Assembly: GCF_009914755.1 (NCBI RefSeq)
Contig: NC_060948.1
From: the human T2T-CHM13v2.0 reference genome, Homo sapiens
Reading direction: 5' to 3' (one strand)
DNA: 64,000 nucleotides
The notes under the pieces were generated by a model. The model was given only the letters and a program-made list of their open reading frames with translations. It had not been told where the DNA came from and searched no databases. Of this stretch, positions 1 to 14,500 are shown piece by piece (position 1 is the first letter of the stretch; every line of letters starts with the position of its first letter). A program made the position numbers and the translations under genes.

Positions 1-778
1 TGTCATGGGATGGCATCAAATGGAATGGCATCAAATGGAATGGAATCGAATGCAATGGAATGCTATGGAATGGAATGGAATGCATTGGAATGGAATGTCC
101 TCTAATGGAATGGATTCGAGTGGAATGGAATTGAATATAATGGAGTCGAATGAAATGGAATTGAAAGGAATGGGATCGAATACAATGGAATATACTGGAA
201 TGTAACGTAATGAACTCGAATGTAATTGACTGGAATGGAATGTACATGAATGGAATGTAATCGAATGGAAAGTAATCCAATGGAATAGAATCTAATGCAA
301 TAAAATCGACTCAGATAGAGTAGAATGTAATGGAATGGAGTGCAGTGCAATAGAATGGAATGCAATGGAATGGAATGGAATGGAATGGAATGGAATGGAA
401 TGGAATGGAATGGGATGGAATGGTATGGAATGGATAGTAATGGACTGGAGTGAAATGGACTGGAAAGGAATGGACTCAAATTGAAAGGTCTCGAAAGGAA
501 TGGAGTCAAATGGAATGGTCTGGAATGGAATGAACACGAATGTAATGCAACCCAATAGAATGGAATCGAATGGCATGGAATATGAAGAAATGGAATCGAA
601 GAGAATGGAAACAAATGGAATGGAATTGAATGGAATGGAATTGAATGGAATGGGAACGAATGGAGTGAAATTGTATGCAGTAGAAGAGAATAGAATGGAA
701 TGCAAGCGAAAGGAAAGGAATGGATTGGAATGGAATGGAATTCATTGGAATGGAAGGGAATGTAGTGTAATGGACAGG
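1..778 (+). repeat. DYZ1: DYZ1 unit U0 (partial, 3' part of a HaeIII-defined unit)
   Basis: Ends at the HaeIII cut GG^CC (777-780) and aligns to the tail of every later unit. Confidence 0.93.
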
Positions 779-1151
779 CCTGGAATAAAGTGGAATGCTA
801 CGGTCTCGAATGGAATAAAAATGTATGGAATGGAATGCAATGAAACGGAATCGAATGTCATAGAATGTAATGGAATGCAAAAAAATGGAATCCAAAATCA
901 TTGACTGGAAAGGCTGGGTGTCGAAAGGAATTGACTCCAATGGAATGGAATCGAATGGAATGGAAGTGAATAGAATCGAACTAAATCGAATGGAATGGAA
1001 TTGATAGGAACGGAATGGAAAGGAATGCAATGATTTGGCATGGAATGGAATCGAATGGCATCGAATGGAATGGAATGGAATGCAATGGAATGGAATGTAT
1101 TAGAATGTAATGAACTTTAATGGAATGTACTCGAATGGATTCGACTGGAAT

Positions 1152-1166
1152 GGAATGTTCTGGAAG
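1152..1166. promoter_or_regulatory. Perfect heat-shock element (HSE-1), repeated in all 18 copies
   Basis: gGAAt-gTTCt-gGAAg fits nGAAn-nTTCn-nGAAn. Copies start at 1152, 4731, 8315, 11899, 15488, 19062, 22651, 26240, 29809, 33393, 36977, 40551, 44115, 47699, 51258, 54842, 58416 and 61990. The motif is seen; binding is inferred. Confidence 0.65.
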
Positions 1167-1431
1167 TGAATGGACTCCAATGGAATGGATTCAAAAGGAA
1201 TGGAATCGTACGGAATGGAATCTAATGGAATGGAATTAAATGGAAATGAATCAAATTGAATAGCACGGAATTGAATTGAATGGAATGGAATGCAATGGAA
1301 TCTAATGAAACGGAAAGGAAAGGAATGGAATGGAATGGAATGGGCTGGAATGGAAAGGAATCGAAACGAATGGAATGGAATCGAAGTGAAGAGACTGGAA
1401 TGGAATGCACTGGAATGGAAGGGAGTGTAAT

Positions 1432-1446
1432 GGAAGGTTCTCGAAA
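1432..1446. promoter_or_regulatory. Perfect heat-shock element (HSE-2), 280 bp downstream of HSE-1, intact in 16 of 18 copies
   Basis: gGAAg-gTTCt-cGAAa; the third GAA is changed to GAC at 19355 and 30102. The motif is seen; binding is inferred. Confidence 0.65.
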
Positions 1447-3955
1447 AAAATGGAATCGAATGGAATGGAATTGAATGGAACGGAATAGAGTCGAATGGAA
1501 TTGAATGGAATGGAATGGACTAGAGTGAAATGGAATCGAACCACAAGGAATGGACAGGAATAGAATGGTCTCGAATTGAATGGAATCGTATGGAATGGCA
1601 TCAAACGGAATGGAATGGACAGCCACGGAATGGAATGCACTCGAATGCAATGGAGTCGAAACTAATGGACTGGAATAGAATGGACTCGACTGGTACGGAC
1701 TCCAATGGAATGGAATCGAATGGAAGGGAATCGAACGGAAGGGAAACGAACGGAATGGACTCGAAGGGAAAAGACTGCAATGGAAAGGTCTCGAATGGAA
1801 TGGAAATTAATGGAATGGAATAGAATCGAATGAAATGGAGTCAAAAGGAATGGAATCGAATGGCAAGAAATCGAATGTAATGGAATCGCCAGGAATTGAT
1901 GTGAACGGAACGGAATGGAATGGAATCCAAAGGAATGGAATAGAATGGAATGGAATCGAATGGAAAGGACTCGAATGGAAATCACTCGAATAGAATGCAA
2001 TTTAATAAAATAGGATCAAATGTAATGGAATGGAATGGAAAGGAATCGAAACGAAAGGAATGGAGACAGATGGAATGGAATGGAACAGAGAGCAATGGTA
2101 TAGAATGGAATGGAATCATCTGGAATGGAATTGAATGGAATGGAATAATATGAAATGGAATGGAATGGAATGGAATGGAATGCCCTTGAATTAAATGGAC
2201 TAGAATGGAATGGACTCAAACAGAGTGGAATGGAAAGTGTGGAGATAGAATGGAATGAACTCCTTTGGAATGGTGTAGTATGCAATGCAATCGACTGGCA
2301 GGGAATCAAAAGGTATGTAATCGAATGGATTGGACTGGAATGCAAAGGACACGAATAGATTGGAAACGGAATGCAAAGGAATGGAATGGAATAGTATGGA
2401 ATGCAATGGAAGGGAATGGATTGGAATAGACTAGAGTGGAATGGAATGGACTGGAAAGCAATGGACTGGAATGGAACTTTCTTGGATGGACTGGAATCAA
2501 ACGGAATGGAATGCAGTGTAATCAAATGGCATGGAATAAAATAGAATGAAAGAGAATCAAATGGAATTGAATCGAATGGAATCGAATGGATTGGAAAGGA
2601 ATAGAATGGAATGGAATGGAATGGAATTGACTCAAATGGAATGGACTAGAATGGAATGGATTCGAATGGAAGGCAAAGGAATGGAATCTATTGGAATGGA
2701 CTGTAATGGAATGGAATGGAAGGGATTGGAATGGACTCGAATGGAATGGACTGCAATAGAAAGGATTCGAATGGAATGAAAAAGAATTGAATGGAATAGA
2801 ACAGAATGGAATCAAATCGAATGAAATGGAATGGAATAGAAAGGAATGGAATGAAATGGAATGGAAAGGATTCGAATGGAATGCAATCGAATGGAATGGA
2901 ATCGAACGGAATGGAATAAAATGGAAGAAAACTGGCAAGAAATGGAATCGAAATGAATGGAGTGTTATGGAACGGACTCAAAAGGAATTGAATGTAATAG
3001 AATGGAGTGGAGTGGACTCGAATATAATGGACTGGAATGGAATGAAATCACATGGAATGGGAACGAATGGAATGGAATGGAAAGGAATGGAATCGAATGG
3101 AAAGGAATCGAATGGAAGGGAATGAAATTGAATCAACACGAATGGAAGGGAATAGAATAGACTGTAATGGAATGGACTCGAATAGAATGGACACGAATGC
3201 TAAAATTAAATGGACTCGAATGGAATGGAAACGAAAGGAATGTCATCGAATGGAATTGAATCGATTGGAATGAAATCGCATAGAATGGAGTGGAATCAAA
3301 TGGAATTGAATCGAAAGGAAAGGAAGCGAATGGACTGAAATGAAATGGAATGGAATTGAATGGAAAGTAATGCAATGGAATAGAATGGAACGAAATTTCA
3401 CGGAATGGAATCAAACTGAATGGAATCAAATCAATGGAATCAAATCAAATGGAATGGAAAGGAATTGAATGGAGTAGATGGGATTGGATGGGATTGGAAT
3501 GAAATGTACTGGAAAGGACTCGAATTTCATGAAACGGAATGGAATGAATTGGAACGGAATGGACTCGAATGGAATGGAATGTCATGGGATGGCATCAAAT
3601 GGAATGACATCAAATGGAATGGAATCGAATGCAATGGAATGCTATGGAATGGAATGGAATGCATTGGAATGGAATGTCCGCTAATGGAATGGATTCGAGT
3701 GGAATGGAATTGAATATAATGGAGTCGAATGAAATGGAATTGAAAGGAATGGGATCGAATACAATGGAATATACTGGAATGTAACGTAATGAACTCGAAT
3801 GTAATTGACTGGAATGGAATGTACATGAATGGAATGTAATCGAATGGAAAGTAATCCAATGGAATAGAATCTAATGCAATAAAATCGACTCAGATAGAGT
3901 AGAATGTAATGGAATGGAGTGCAGTGCAATGGAATGGAATGGAATGGAATGCAAT

Positions 3956-3990
3956 GGAATGGAATGGAATGGAATGGAATGGAATGGAAT
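3956..3990 (+). repeat. Pure (GGAAT)n microsatellite tract, one per unit, variable length (example copy, n=7)
   Basis: Lies between GCAAT and GGGAT. n = 9,7,8,9,10,10,10,10,9,9,9,9,7,8,8,9,7,7 along the window (part counted directly, part derived from unit lengths). Confidence 0.9.
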
Positions 3991-4357
3991 GGGATGGAAT
4001 GGTATGGAATGGATAGTAATGGACTGGAGTGAAATGGACTGGAAAGGAATGGACTCAAATTGAAAGGGCTCGAAAGGAATGGAGTCAAATGGAATGGTCT
4101 GGAATGGAATGAACACGAATGTAATGCAACCCAATAGAATGGAATCGAATGGCATGGAATATAAAGAAATGGAATCGAAGAGAATGGAAACAAATGGAAT
4201 GGAATTGAATGGAATGGAATTGAATGGAATGGGAACGAATGGAGTGAAATTGTATGCAGTAGAAGAGAATAGAATGGAATGCAAGCGAAAGGAAAGGAAT
4301 GGATTGGAATGGAATGGAATTCATTGGAATGGAAGGGAATGTAGTGTAATGGACAGG

Positions 4358-7300
4358 CCTGGAATAAAGTGGAATGCTACGGTCTCGAATGGAATAAAAA
4401 TGTATGGAATGGAATGCAATGAAACGGAATCGAATGTCATAGAATGTAATGGAATGCAAAAAAATGGAATCCAAAATCATTGACTGGAAAGGCTGGGTGT
4501 CGAAAGGAATTGACTCCAATGGAATGGAATCGAATGGAATGGAAGTGAATAGAATCGAACTAAATCGAATGGAATGGAATTGATAGGAACGGAATGGAAA
4601 GGAATGCAATGATTTGGCATGGAATGGAATCGAATGGCATCGAATGGAATGGAATGGAATGCAATGGAATGGAATGTATTAGAATGTAATGAACTTTAAT
4701 GGAATGTACTCGAATGGATTCGACTGGAATGGAATGTTCTGGAAGTGAATGGACTCCAATGGAATGGATTCAAAAGGAATGGAATCGTACGGAATGGAAT
4801 CTAATGGAATGGAATTAAATGGAAATGAATCAAATTGAATAGCACGGAATTGAATTGAATGGAATGGAATGCAATGGAATCTAATGAAACGGAAAGGAAA
4901 GGAATGGAATGGAATGGAATGGGCTGGAATGGAAAGGAATCGAAACGAATGGAATGGAATCGAAGTGAAGAGACTGGAATGGAATGCACTGGAATGGAAG
5001 GGAGTGTAATGGAAGGTTCTCGAAAAAAATGGAATCGAATGGAATGGAATTGAATGGAACGGAATAGAGTCGAATGGAATTGAATGGAATGGAATGGACT
5101 AGAGTGAAATGGAATCGAACCACAAGGAATGGACAGGAATAGAATGGTCTCGAATTGAATGGAATCGTATGGAATGGCATCAAACGGAATGGAATGGACA
5201 GCCACGGAATGGAATGCACTCGAATGCAATGGAGTCGAAACTAATGGACTGGAATAGAATGGACTCGACTGGTACGGACTCCAATGGAATGGAATCGAAT
5301 GGAAGGGAATCGAACGGAAGGGAATCGAACGGAATGGACTCGAAGGGAAAAGACTGCAATGGAAAGGTCTCGAATGGAATGGAAATTAATGGAATGGAAT
5401 GGAATCGAATGAAATGGAGTCAAAAGGAATGGAATCGAATGGCAAGAAATCGAATGTAATGGAATCGCCAGGAATTGATGTGAACGGAACGGAATGGAAT
5501 GGAATCCAAAGGAATGGAATAGAATGGAATGGAATCGAATGGAAAGGACTCGAATGGAAATCACTCGAATAGAATGCAATTTAATAAAATAGGATCAAAT
5601 GTAATGGAATGGAATGGAAAGGAATCGAAACGAAAGGAATGGAGACAGATGGAATGGAATGGAACAGAGAGCAATGGTATAGAATGGAATGGAATCATCT
5701 GGAATGGAATTGAATGGAATGGAATAATATGAAATGGAATGGAATGGAATGGAATGGAATGGAATGCCCTTGAATTAAATGGACTGGAATGGAATGGACT
5801 CAAACAGAGTGGAATGGAAAGTGTGGAGATAGAATGGAATGAACTCCTTTGGAATGGTGTAGTATGCAATGCAATCGACTGGCAGGGAATCAAAAGGTAT
5901 GTAATCGAATGGATTGGACTGGAATGCAAAGGACTCGAATAGATTGGAAACGGAATGCAAAGGAATGGAATGGAATAGTATGGAATGCAATGGAAGGGAA
6001 TGGAGTGGAATAGACTAGAGTGGAATGGAATGGACTGGAAAGCAATGGACTGGAATGGAACTTTCTTGGATGGACTGGAATCAAACGGAATGGAATGCAG
6101 TGCAATCAAATGGCATGGAATAAAATAGAATGAAAGAGAATCAAATGGAATTGAATCGAATGGAATCGAATGGATTGGAAAGGAATAGAATGGAATGGAA
6201 TGGAATGGACTCAAATGGAATGGACTAGAATGGAATGGATTCGAATGGAAGGCAAAGGAATGGAATCTATTGGAATGGACTGTAATGGAATGGAATGGAA
6301 GGGATTGGAATGGACTCGAATGGAATGGACTGCAATAGAAAGGATTCGAATGGAATGAAAAAGAATTGAATGGAATAGAACAGAATGGAATCAAATCGAA
6401 TGAAATGGAATGGAATAGAAAGGAATGGAATGAAATGGAATGGAAAGGATTCGAATGGAATGCAATCGAATGGAATGGAATCGAACGGAATGGAATAAAA
6501 TGGAAGAAAACTGGCAAGAAATGGAATCGAAATGAATGGAGTGTTATGGAACGGACTCAAAAGGAATTGAATGTAATAGAATGGAGTCTAGTGGACTCGA
6601 ATATAATGGACTGGAATGGAATGAAATCACATGGAATGGGAACGAATGGAATGGAATGGAAAGGAATGGAATCGAATGGAAAGGAATCGAATGGAAGGGA
6701 ATGAAATTGAGTCAACACGAATGGAAGGGAATAGAATAGACTGTAATGGAATGGACTCGAATAGAATGGACACTAATGCTCAAATTAAATGGACTCGAAT
6801 GGAATGGAAACGAAAGGAATGTCATCGAATGGAATTGAATCGATTGGAATGAAATCGCATAGAATGGAGTGGAATCAAATGGAATTGAATCGAAAGGAAA
6901 GGAAGCGAATGGACTGAAATGAAATGGAATGGAATTGAATGGAAAGTAATGCAATGGAATAGAATGGAACGAAATTTCACGGAATGGAATCAAACTGAAT
7001 GGAATCAAATCAATGGAATCAAATCAAATGGAATGGAAAGGAATTGAATGGAGTAGATGGGATTGGATGGGATTGGAATGAAATGTACTGGAAAGGACTC
7101 GAATTTCATGAAACGGAATGGAATGAATTGGAACGGAATGGACTCGAATGGAATGGAATGTCATGGGATGGCATCAAATGGAATGACATCAAATGGAATG
7201 GAATCGAATGCAATGGAATGCTATGGAATGGAATGGAATGCATTGGAATGGAATGTTCTCTAATGGAATGGATTCGAGTGGAATGGAATTGAATATAATG

Positions 7301-7941
7301 GAGTCGAATGAAATGGAATTGAAAGGAATGGGATCGAATACAATGGAATATACAGGAATGTAACGTAATGAACTCGAATGTAATTGACTGGAATGGAATG
7401 TACATGAATGGAATGTAATCGAATGGAAAGTAATCCAATGGAATAGAATCTAATGCAATAAAATCGACTCAGATAGAGTAGAATGTAATGGAATGGAGTG
7501 CAGTGCAATGGAATGGAATGGAATGGAATGCAATGGAATGGAATGGAATGGAATGGAATGGAATGGAATGGAATGGGATGGAATGGTATGGAATGGATAG
7601 TAATGGACTGGAGTGAAATGGACTGGAAAGGAATGGACTCAAATTGAATGGGCTCGAAAGGAATGGAGTCAAATGGAATGGTCTGGAATGGAATGAACAC
7701 GAATGTAATGCAACCCAATAGAATGGAATCGAATGGCATGGAATATAAAGAAATGGAATCGAAGAGAATGGAAACAAATGGAATGGAATTGAATGGAATG
7801 GAATTGAATGGAATGGGAACGAATGGAGTGAAATTGTATGCAGTAGAAGAGAATAGAATGGAATGCAAGCGAAAGGAAAGGAATGGATTGGAATGGAATG
7901 GAATTCATTGGAATGGAAGGGAATGTAGTGTAATGGACAGG
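4358..7941 (+). repeat. DYZ1: DYZ1 unit U2, 3584 bp (mosaic; second half B-like)
   Basis: HaeIII interval; extra pentamer near 5740; GAGTCTAGT at 6584-6592; tract n=8. Confidence 0.95.
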
Positions 7942-10900
7942 CCTGGAATAAAGTGGAATGCTACGGTCTCGAATGGAATAAAAATGTATGGAATGGAATG
8001 CAATGAAACGGAATCGAATGTCATAGAATGTAATGGAATGCAAAAAAATGGAATCCAAAATCATTGACTGGAAAGGCTGGGTGTCGAAAGGAATTGACTC
8101 CAACGGAATGGAATCGAATGGAATGGAAGTGAATAGAATCGAACTAAATCGAATGGAATGGAATTGATAGGAACGGAATGGAAAGGAATGCAATGATTTG
8201 GCATGGAATGGAATCGAATGGCATCGAATGGAATGGAATGGAATGCAATGGAATGGAATGTATTAGAATGTAATGAACTTTAATGGAATGTACTCGAATG
8301 GATTCGACTGGAATGGAATGTTCTGGAAGTGAATGGACTCCAATGGAATGGATTCAAAAGGAATGGAATCGTACGGAATGGAATCTAATGGAATGGAATT
8401 AAATGGAAATGAATCAAATTGAATAGCACGGAATTGAATTGAATGGAATGGAATGCAATGGAATCTAATGAAACGGAAAGGAAAGGAATGGAATGGAATG
8501 GAATGGGCTGGAATGGAAAGGAATCGAAACGAAAGGAATGGAATCGAAGTGAAGAGACTGGAATGGAATGCACTGGAATGGAAGGGAGTGTAATGGAAGG
8601 TTCTCGAAAAAAATGGAATCGAATGGAATGGAATTGAATGGAACGGAATAGAGTCGAATGGAATTGAATGGAATGGAATGGACTAGAGTGAAATGGAATC
8701 GAACCACAAGGAATGGACAGGAATAGAATGGTCTCGAATTGAATGGAATCGTATGGAATGGCATCAAACGGAATGGAATGGACAGCCACGGAATGGAATG
8801 CACTCGAAAGCAATGGAGTCGAAACTAATGGACTGGAATAGAGTGGACTCGACTGGTACGGACTCCAATGGAATGGAATCGAATGGAAGGGAATCGAACG
8901 GAAGGGAATCGAACGGAATGGACTCGAAGGGAAAAGACTGCAATGGAAAGGTCTCGAATGGAATGGAAATTAATGGAATGGAATGGAATCGAATGAAATG
9001 GAGTCAAAAGGAATGGAATCGAATGGCAAGAAATCGAATGTAATGGAATCGCCAGGAATTGATGTGAACGGAACGGAATGGAATGGAATCCAAAGGAATG
9101 GAATAGAATGGAATGGAATCGAATGGAAAGGACTCGAATGGAAATCACTCGAATAGAATGCAATTTAATAAAATAGGATCAAATGTAATGGAATGGAATG
9201 GAAAGGAATCGAAACGAAAGGAATGGAGACAGATGGAATGGAATGGAACAGAGAGCAATGGTATAGAATGGAATGGAATCATCTGGAATGGAATTGAATG
9301 GAATGGAATAATATGAAATGGAATGGAATGGAATGGAATGGAATGCCCTTGAATTGAATGGACTGGAATAGAATGGACTCAAACAGAGTGGAATGGAAAG
9401 TGTGGAGATAGAATGGAATGAACTCCTTTGGAATGGTGTAGTATGCAATGCAATCGACTGGCAGGGAATCAAAAGGTATGTAATCGAATGGATTGGACTG
9501 GAATGCAAAGGACTCGAATAGATTGGAAACGGAATGCAAAGGAATGGAATGGAATAGTATGGAATGCAATGGAAGGGAATGGAGTGGAATAGACTAGAGT
9601 GGAATGGAATGGACTGGAAAGCAATGGACTGGAATGGAACTTTCTTGGATGGACTGGAATCAAACGGAATGGAATGCAGTGCAATCAAATGGCATGGAAT
9701 AAAATAGAATGAAAGAGAATCAAATGGAATTGAATCGAATGGAATCGAATGGATTGGAAAGGAATAGAATGGAATGGAATGGAATGGACTCAAATGGAAT
9801 GGACTAGAATGGAATGGATTCGAATGGAAGGCAAAGGAATGGAATCTATTGGAATGGACTGTAATGGAATGGAATGGAAGGGATTGGAATGGACTCGAAT
9901 GGAATGGACTGCAATAGAAAGGATTCGAATGGAATGAAAAAGAATTGAATGGAATAGAACAGAATGGAATCAAATCGAATGAAATGGAATGGAATAGAAA
10001 GGAATGGAATGAAATGGAATGGAAAGGATTCGAATGGAATGCAATCGAATGGAATGGAATCGAACGGAATGGAAGAAAATGGAAGAAAACTGGCAAGAAA
10101 TGGAATCGAAATGAATGGAGTGTTATGGAACGGACTCAAAAGGAATTGAATGTAATAGAATGGAGTGGAGTGGACTCGAATATAATGGACTGGAATGGAA
10201 TGAAATCACATGGAATGGGAACGAATGGAATGGAATGGAAAGGAATGGAATCGAATGGAAAGGAATCGAATGGAAGGGAATGAAATTGAATCAACAGGAA
10301 TGGAAGGCAATAGAATAGACTGTAATGGAATGGACTCGAATAGAATGGACACGAATGCTCAAATTAAATGGACTCGAATGGAATGGAAACGAAAGGAATG
10401 TCATCGAATGGAATTGAATCGATTGGAATGAAATCGCATAGAATGGAGTGGAATCAAATGGAATTGAATCGAAAGGAAAGGAAGCGAATGGACTGAAATG
10501 AAATGGAATGGAATTGAATGGAAAGTAATGCAATGGAATAGAATGGAACGAAATTTCACGGAATGGAATCAAACTGAATGGAATCAAATCAATGGAATCA
10601 AATCAAATGGAATGGAAAGGAATTGAATGGAGTAGATGGGATTGGATGGGATTGGAATGAAATGTACTGGAAAGGACTCGAATTTCATGAAACGGAATGG
10701 AATGAATTGGAACGGAATGGACTCGAATGGAATGGAATGTCATGGGATGGCATCAAATGGAATGACATCAAATGGAATGGAATCGAATGCAATGGAATGC
10801 TATGGAATGGAATGGAATGCATTGGAATGGAATGTCCGCTAATGGAATGTATTCGAGTGGAATGGAATTGAATATAATGGAGTCGAATGAAATGGAATTG

Positions 10901-11525
10901 AAAGGAATGGGATCGAATACAATGGAATATACTGGAATGTAACGTAATGAACTGGAATGTAATTGACTGGAATGGAATGTACATGAATGGAATGTAATCG
11001 AATGGAAAGTAATCCAATGGAATAGAATCTAATGCAATAAAATCGACTCAGATAGAGTAGAATGTAATGGAATGGAGTGCAGTGCAATGGAATGGAATGG
11101 AATGGAATGCAATGGAATGGAATGGAATGGAATGGAATGGAATGGAATGGAATGGAATGGGATGGAATGGTATGGAATGGATAGTAATGGACTGGAGTGA
11201 AATGGACTGGAAAGGAATGGACTCAAATTGACAGCGCTCGAAAGGAATGGAGTCAAATGGAATGGTCTGGAATGGAATGAACACGAATGTAATGCAACCC
11301 AATAGAATGGAATCGAATGGCATGGAATATAAAGAAATGGAATCGAAGAGAATGGAAACAAATGGAATGGAATTGAATGGAATGGAATTGAATGGAATGG
11401 GAACGAATGGAGTGAAATTGTATGCAGTAGAAGAGAATAGAATGGAATGCAAGCGAAAGGAAAGGAATGGATTGGAATGGAATGGAATTCATTGGAATGG
11501 AAGGGAATGTAGTGTAATGGACAGG
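7942..11525 (+). repeat. DYZ1: DYZ1 unit U3, 3584 bp (type A)
   Basis: HaeIII interval; A markers AAACGAAAGG, CTCGAAAGC, GGAAGAAAAT, AACAGGAATGGAAGGC. Confidence 0.95.
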
Positions 11526-14500
11526 CCTGGAATAAAGTGGAATGCTACGGTCTCGAATGGAATAAAAATGTATGGAATGGAATGCAATGAAACGGAATCG
11601 AATGTCATAGAATGTAATGGAATGCAAAAAAATGGAATCCAAAATCATTGACTGGAAAGGCTGGGTGTCGAAAGGAATTGACTCCAACGGAATGGAATCG
11701 AATGGAATGGAAGTGAATAGAATCGAACTAAATCGAATGGAATGGAATTGATAGGAACGGAATGGAAAGGAATGCAATGATTTGGCATGGAATGGAATCG
11801 AATGGCATCGAATGGAATGGAATGGAATGCAATGGAATGGAATGTATTAGAATGTAATGAACTTTAATGGAATGTACTCGAATGGATTCGACTGGAATGG
11901 AATGTTCTGGAAGTGAATGGACTCCAATGGAATGGATTCAAAAGGAATGGAATCGTACGGAATGGAATCTAATGGAATGGAATTAAATGGAAATGAATCA
12001 AATTGAATAGCACGGAATTGAATTGAATGGAATGGAATGCAATGGAATCTAATGAAACGGAAAGGAAAGGAATGGAATGGAATGGAATGGGCTGGAATGG
12101 AAAGGAATCGAAACGAAAGGAATGGAATCGAAGTGAAGAGACTGGAATGGAATGCACTGGAATGGAAGGGAGTGTAATGGAAGGTTCTCGAAAAAAATGG
12201 AATCGAATGGAATGGAATTGAATGGAACGGAATAGAGTCGAATGGAATTGAATGGAATGGAATGGACTAGAGTGAAATGGAATCGAACCACAAGGAATGG
12301 ACAGGAATAGAATGGTCTCGAATTGAATGGAATCGTATGGAATGGCATCAAACGGAATGGAATGGACAGCCACGGAATGGAATGCACTCGAAAGCAATGG
12401 AGTCGAAACTAGTGGACTGGAATAGAGTGGACTCGACTGGTACGGACTCCAATGGAATGGAATCGAATGGAAGGGAATCGAACGGAAGGGAATCGAACGG
12501 AATGGACTCGAAGGGAAAAGACTGCAATGGAAAGGTCTCGAATGGAATGGAAATTAATGGAATGGAATGGAATCGAATGAAATGGAGTCAAAAGGAATGG
12601 AATCGAATGGCAAGAAATCGAATGTAATGGAATCGCCAGGAATTGATGTGAACGGAACGGAATGGAATGGAATCCAAAGGAATGGAATAGAATGGAATGG
12701 AATCGAATGGAAAGGACTCGAATGGAAATCACTCGAATAGAATGCAATTTAATAAAATAGGATCAAATGTAATGGAATGGAATGGAAAGGAATCGAAACG
12801 AAAGGAATGGAGACAGATGGAATGGAATGGAACAGAGAGCAATGGTATAGAATGGAATGGAATCATCTGGAATGGAATTGAATGGAATGGAATAATATGA
12901 AATGGAATGGAATGGAATGGAATGGAATGCCCTTGAATTGAATGGACTGGAATAGAATGGACTCAAACAGAGTGGAATGGAAAGTGTGGAGATAGAATGG
13001 AATGAACTCCTTTGGAATGGTGTAGTATGCAATGCAATCGACTGGCAGGGAATCAAAAGGTATGTAATCGAATGGATTGGACTGGAATGCAAAGGACTCG
13101 AATAGATTGGAAACGGAATGCAAAGGAATGGAATGGAATAGTATGGAATGCAATGGAAGGGAATGGAGTGGAATAGACTAGAGTGGAATGGAATGGACTG
13201 GAAAGCAATGGACTGGAATGGAACTTTCTTGGATGGACTGGAATCAAACGGAATGGAATGCAGTGCAATCAAATGGCATGGAATAAAATAGAATGAAAGA
13301 GAATCAAATGGAATTGAATCGAATGGAATCGAATGGATTGGAAAGGAATAGAATGGAATGGAATGGAATGGACTCAAATGGAATGGACTAGAATGGAATG
13401 GATTCGAATGGAAGGCAAAGGAATGGAATCTATTGGAATGGACTGTAATGGAATGGAATGGAAGGGATTGGAATGGACTCGAATGGAATGGACTGCAATA
13501 GAAAGGATTCGAATGGAATGAAAAAGAATTGAATGGAATAGAACAGAATGGAATCAAATCGAATGAAATGGAATGGAATAGAAAGGAATGGAATGAAATG
13601 GAATGGAAAGGATTCGAATGGAATGCAATCGAATGGAATGGAATCGAACGGAATGGAAGAAAATGGAAGAAAACTGGCAAGAAATGGAATCGAAATGAAT
13701 GGAGTGTTATGGAACGGACTCAAAAGGAATTGAATGTAATAGAATGGAGTGGAGTGGACTCGAATATAATGGACTGGAATGGAATGAAATCACATGGAAT
13801 GGGAACGAATGGAATGGAATGGAAAGGAATGGAATCGAATGGAAAGGAATCGAATGGAAGGGAATGAAATTGAATCAACAGGAATGGAAGGCAATAGAAT
13901 AGACTGTAATGGAATGGACTCGAATAGAATGGACACGAATGCTCAAATTAAATGGACTCGAATGGAATGGAAACGAAAGGAATGTCATCGAATGGAATTG
14001 AATCGATTGGAATGAAATCGCATAGAATGGAGTGGAATCAAATGGAATTGAATCGAAAGGAAAGGAAGCGAATGGACTGAAATGAAATGGAATGGAATTG
14101 AATGGAAAGTAATGCAATGGAATAGAATGGAACGAAATTTCACGGAATGGAATCAAACTGAATGGAATCAAATCAATGGAATCAAATCAAATGGAATGGA
14201 AAGGAATTGAATGGAGTAGATGGGATTGGATGGGATTGGAATGAAATGTACTGGAAAGGACTCGAATTTCATGAAACGGAATGGAATGAATTGGAACGGA
14301 ATGGACTCGAATGGAATGGAATGTCATGGGATGGCATCAAATGGAATGACATCAAATGGAATGGAATCGAATGCAATGGAATGCTATGGAATGGAATGGA
14401 ATGCATTGGAATGGAATGTCCGCTAATGGAATGGATTCGAGTGGAATGGAATTGAATATAATGGAGTCGAATGAAATGGAATTGAAAGGAATGGGATCGA

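Larger units (their letters stand above)
779..4357 (+). repeat. DYZ1: DYZ1 unit U1, 3579 bp (divergent, many private variants)
   Basis: HaeIII-to-HaeIII interval; extra pentamer near 2615; pure tract (GGAAT)7. Confidence 0.95.

Noticed and set aside
299-2920. Six AATAAA hexamers per unit (299, 784, 814, 2004, 2535, 2915) as polyadenylation signals
   Set aside because: They arise easily from GGAAT followed by an A-rich pentamer, there is no clear downstream GU/U-rich element, and one is lost in type-A units. 3'-end sequencing would be needed to support them.
3421-3450. AATCAAATCA doublet as a DUX4-type site
   Set aside because: It mismatches the TAAYYYAATCA consensus, and DUX4 binding is characterised mainly for HSATII.
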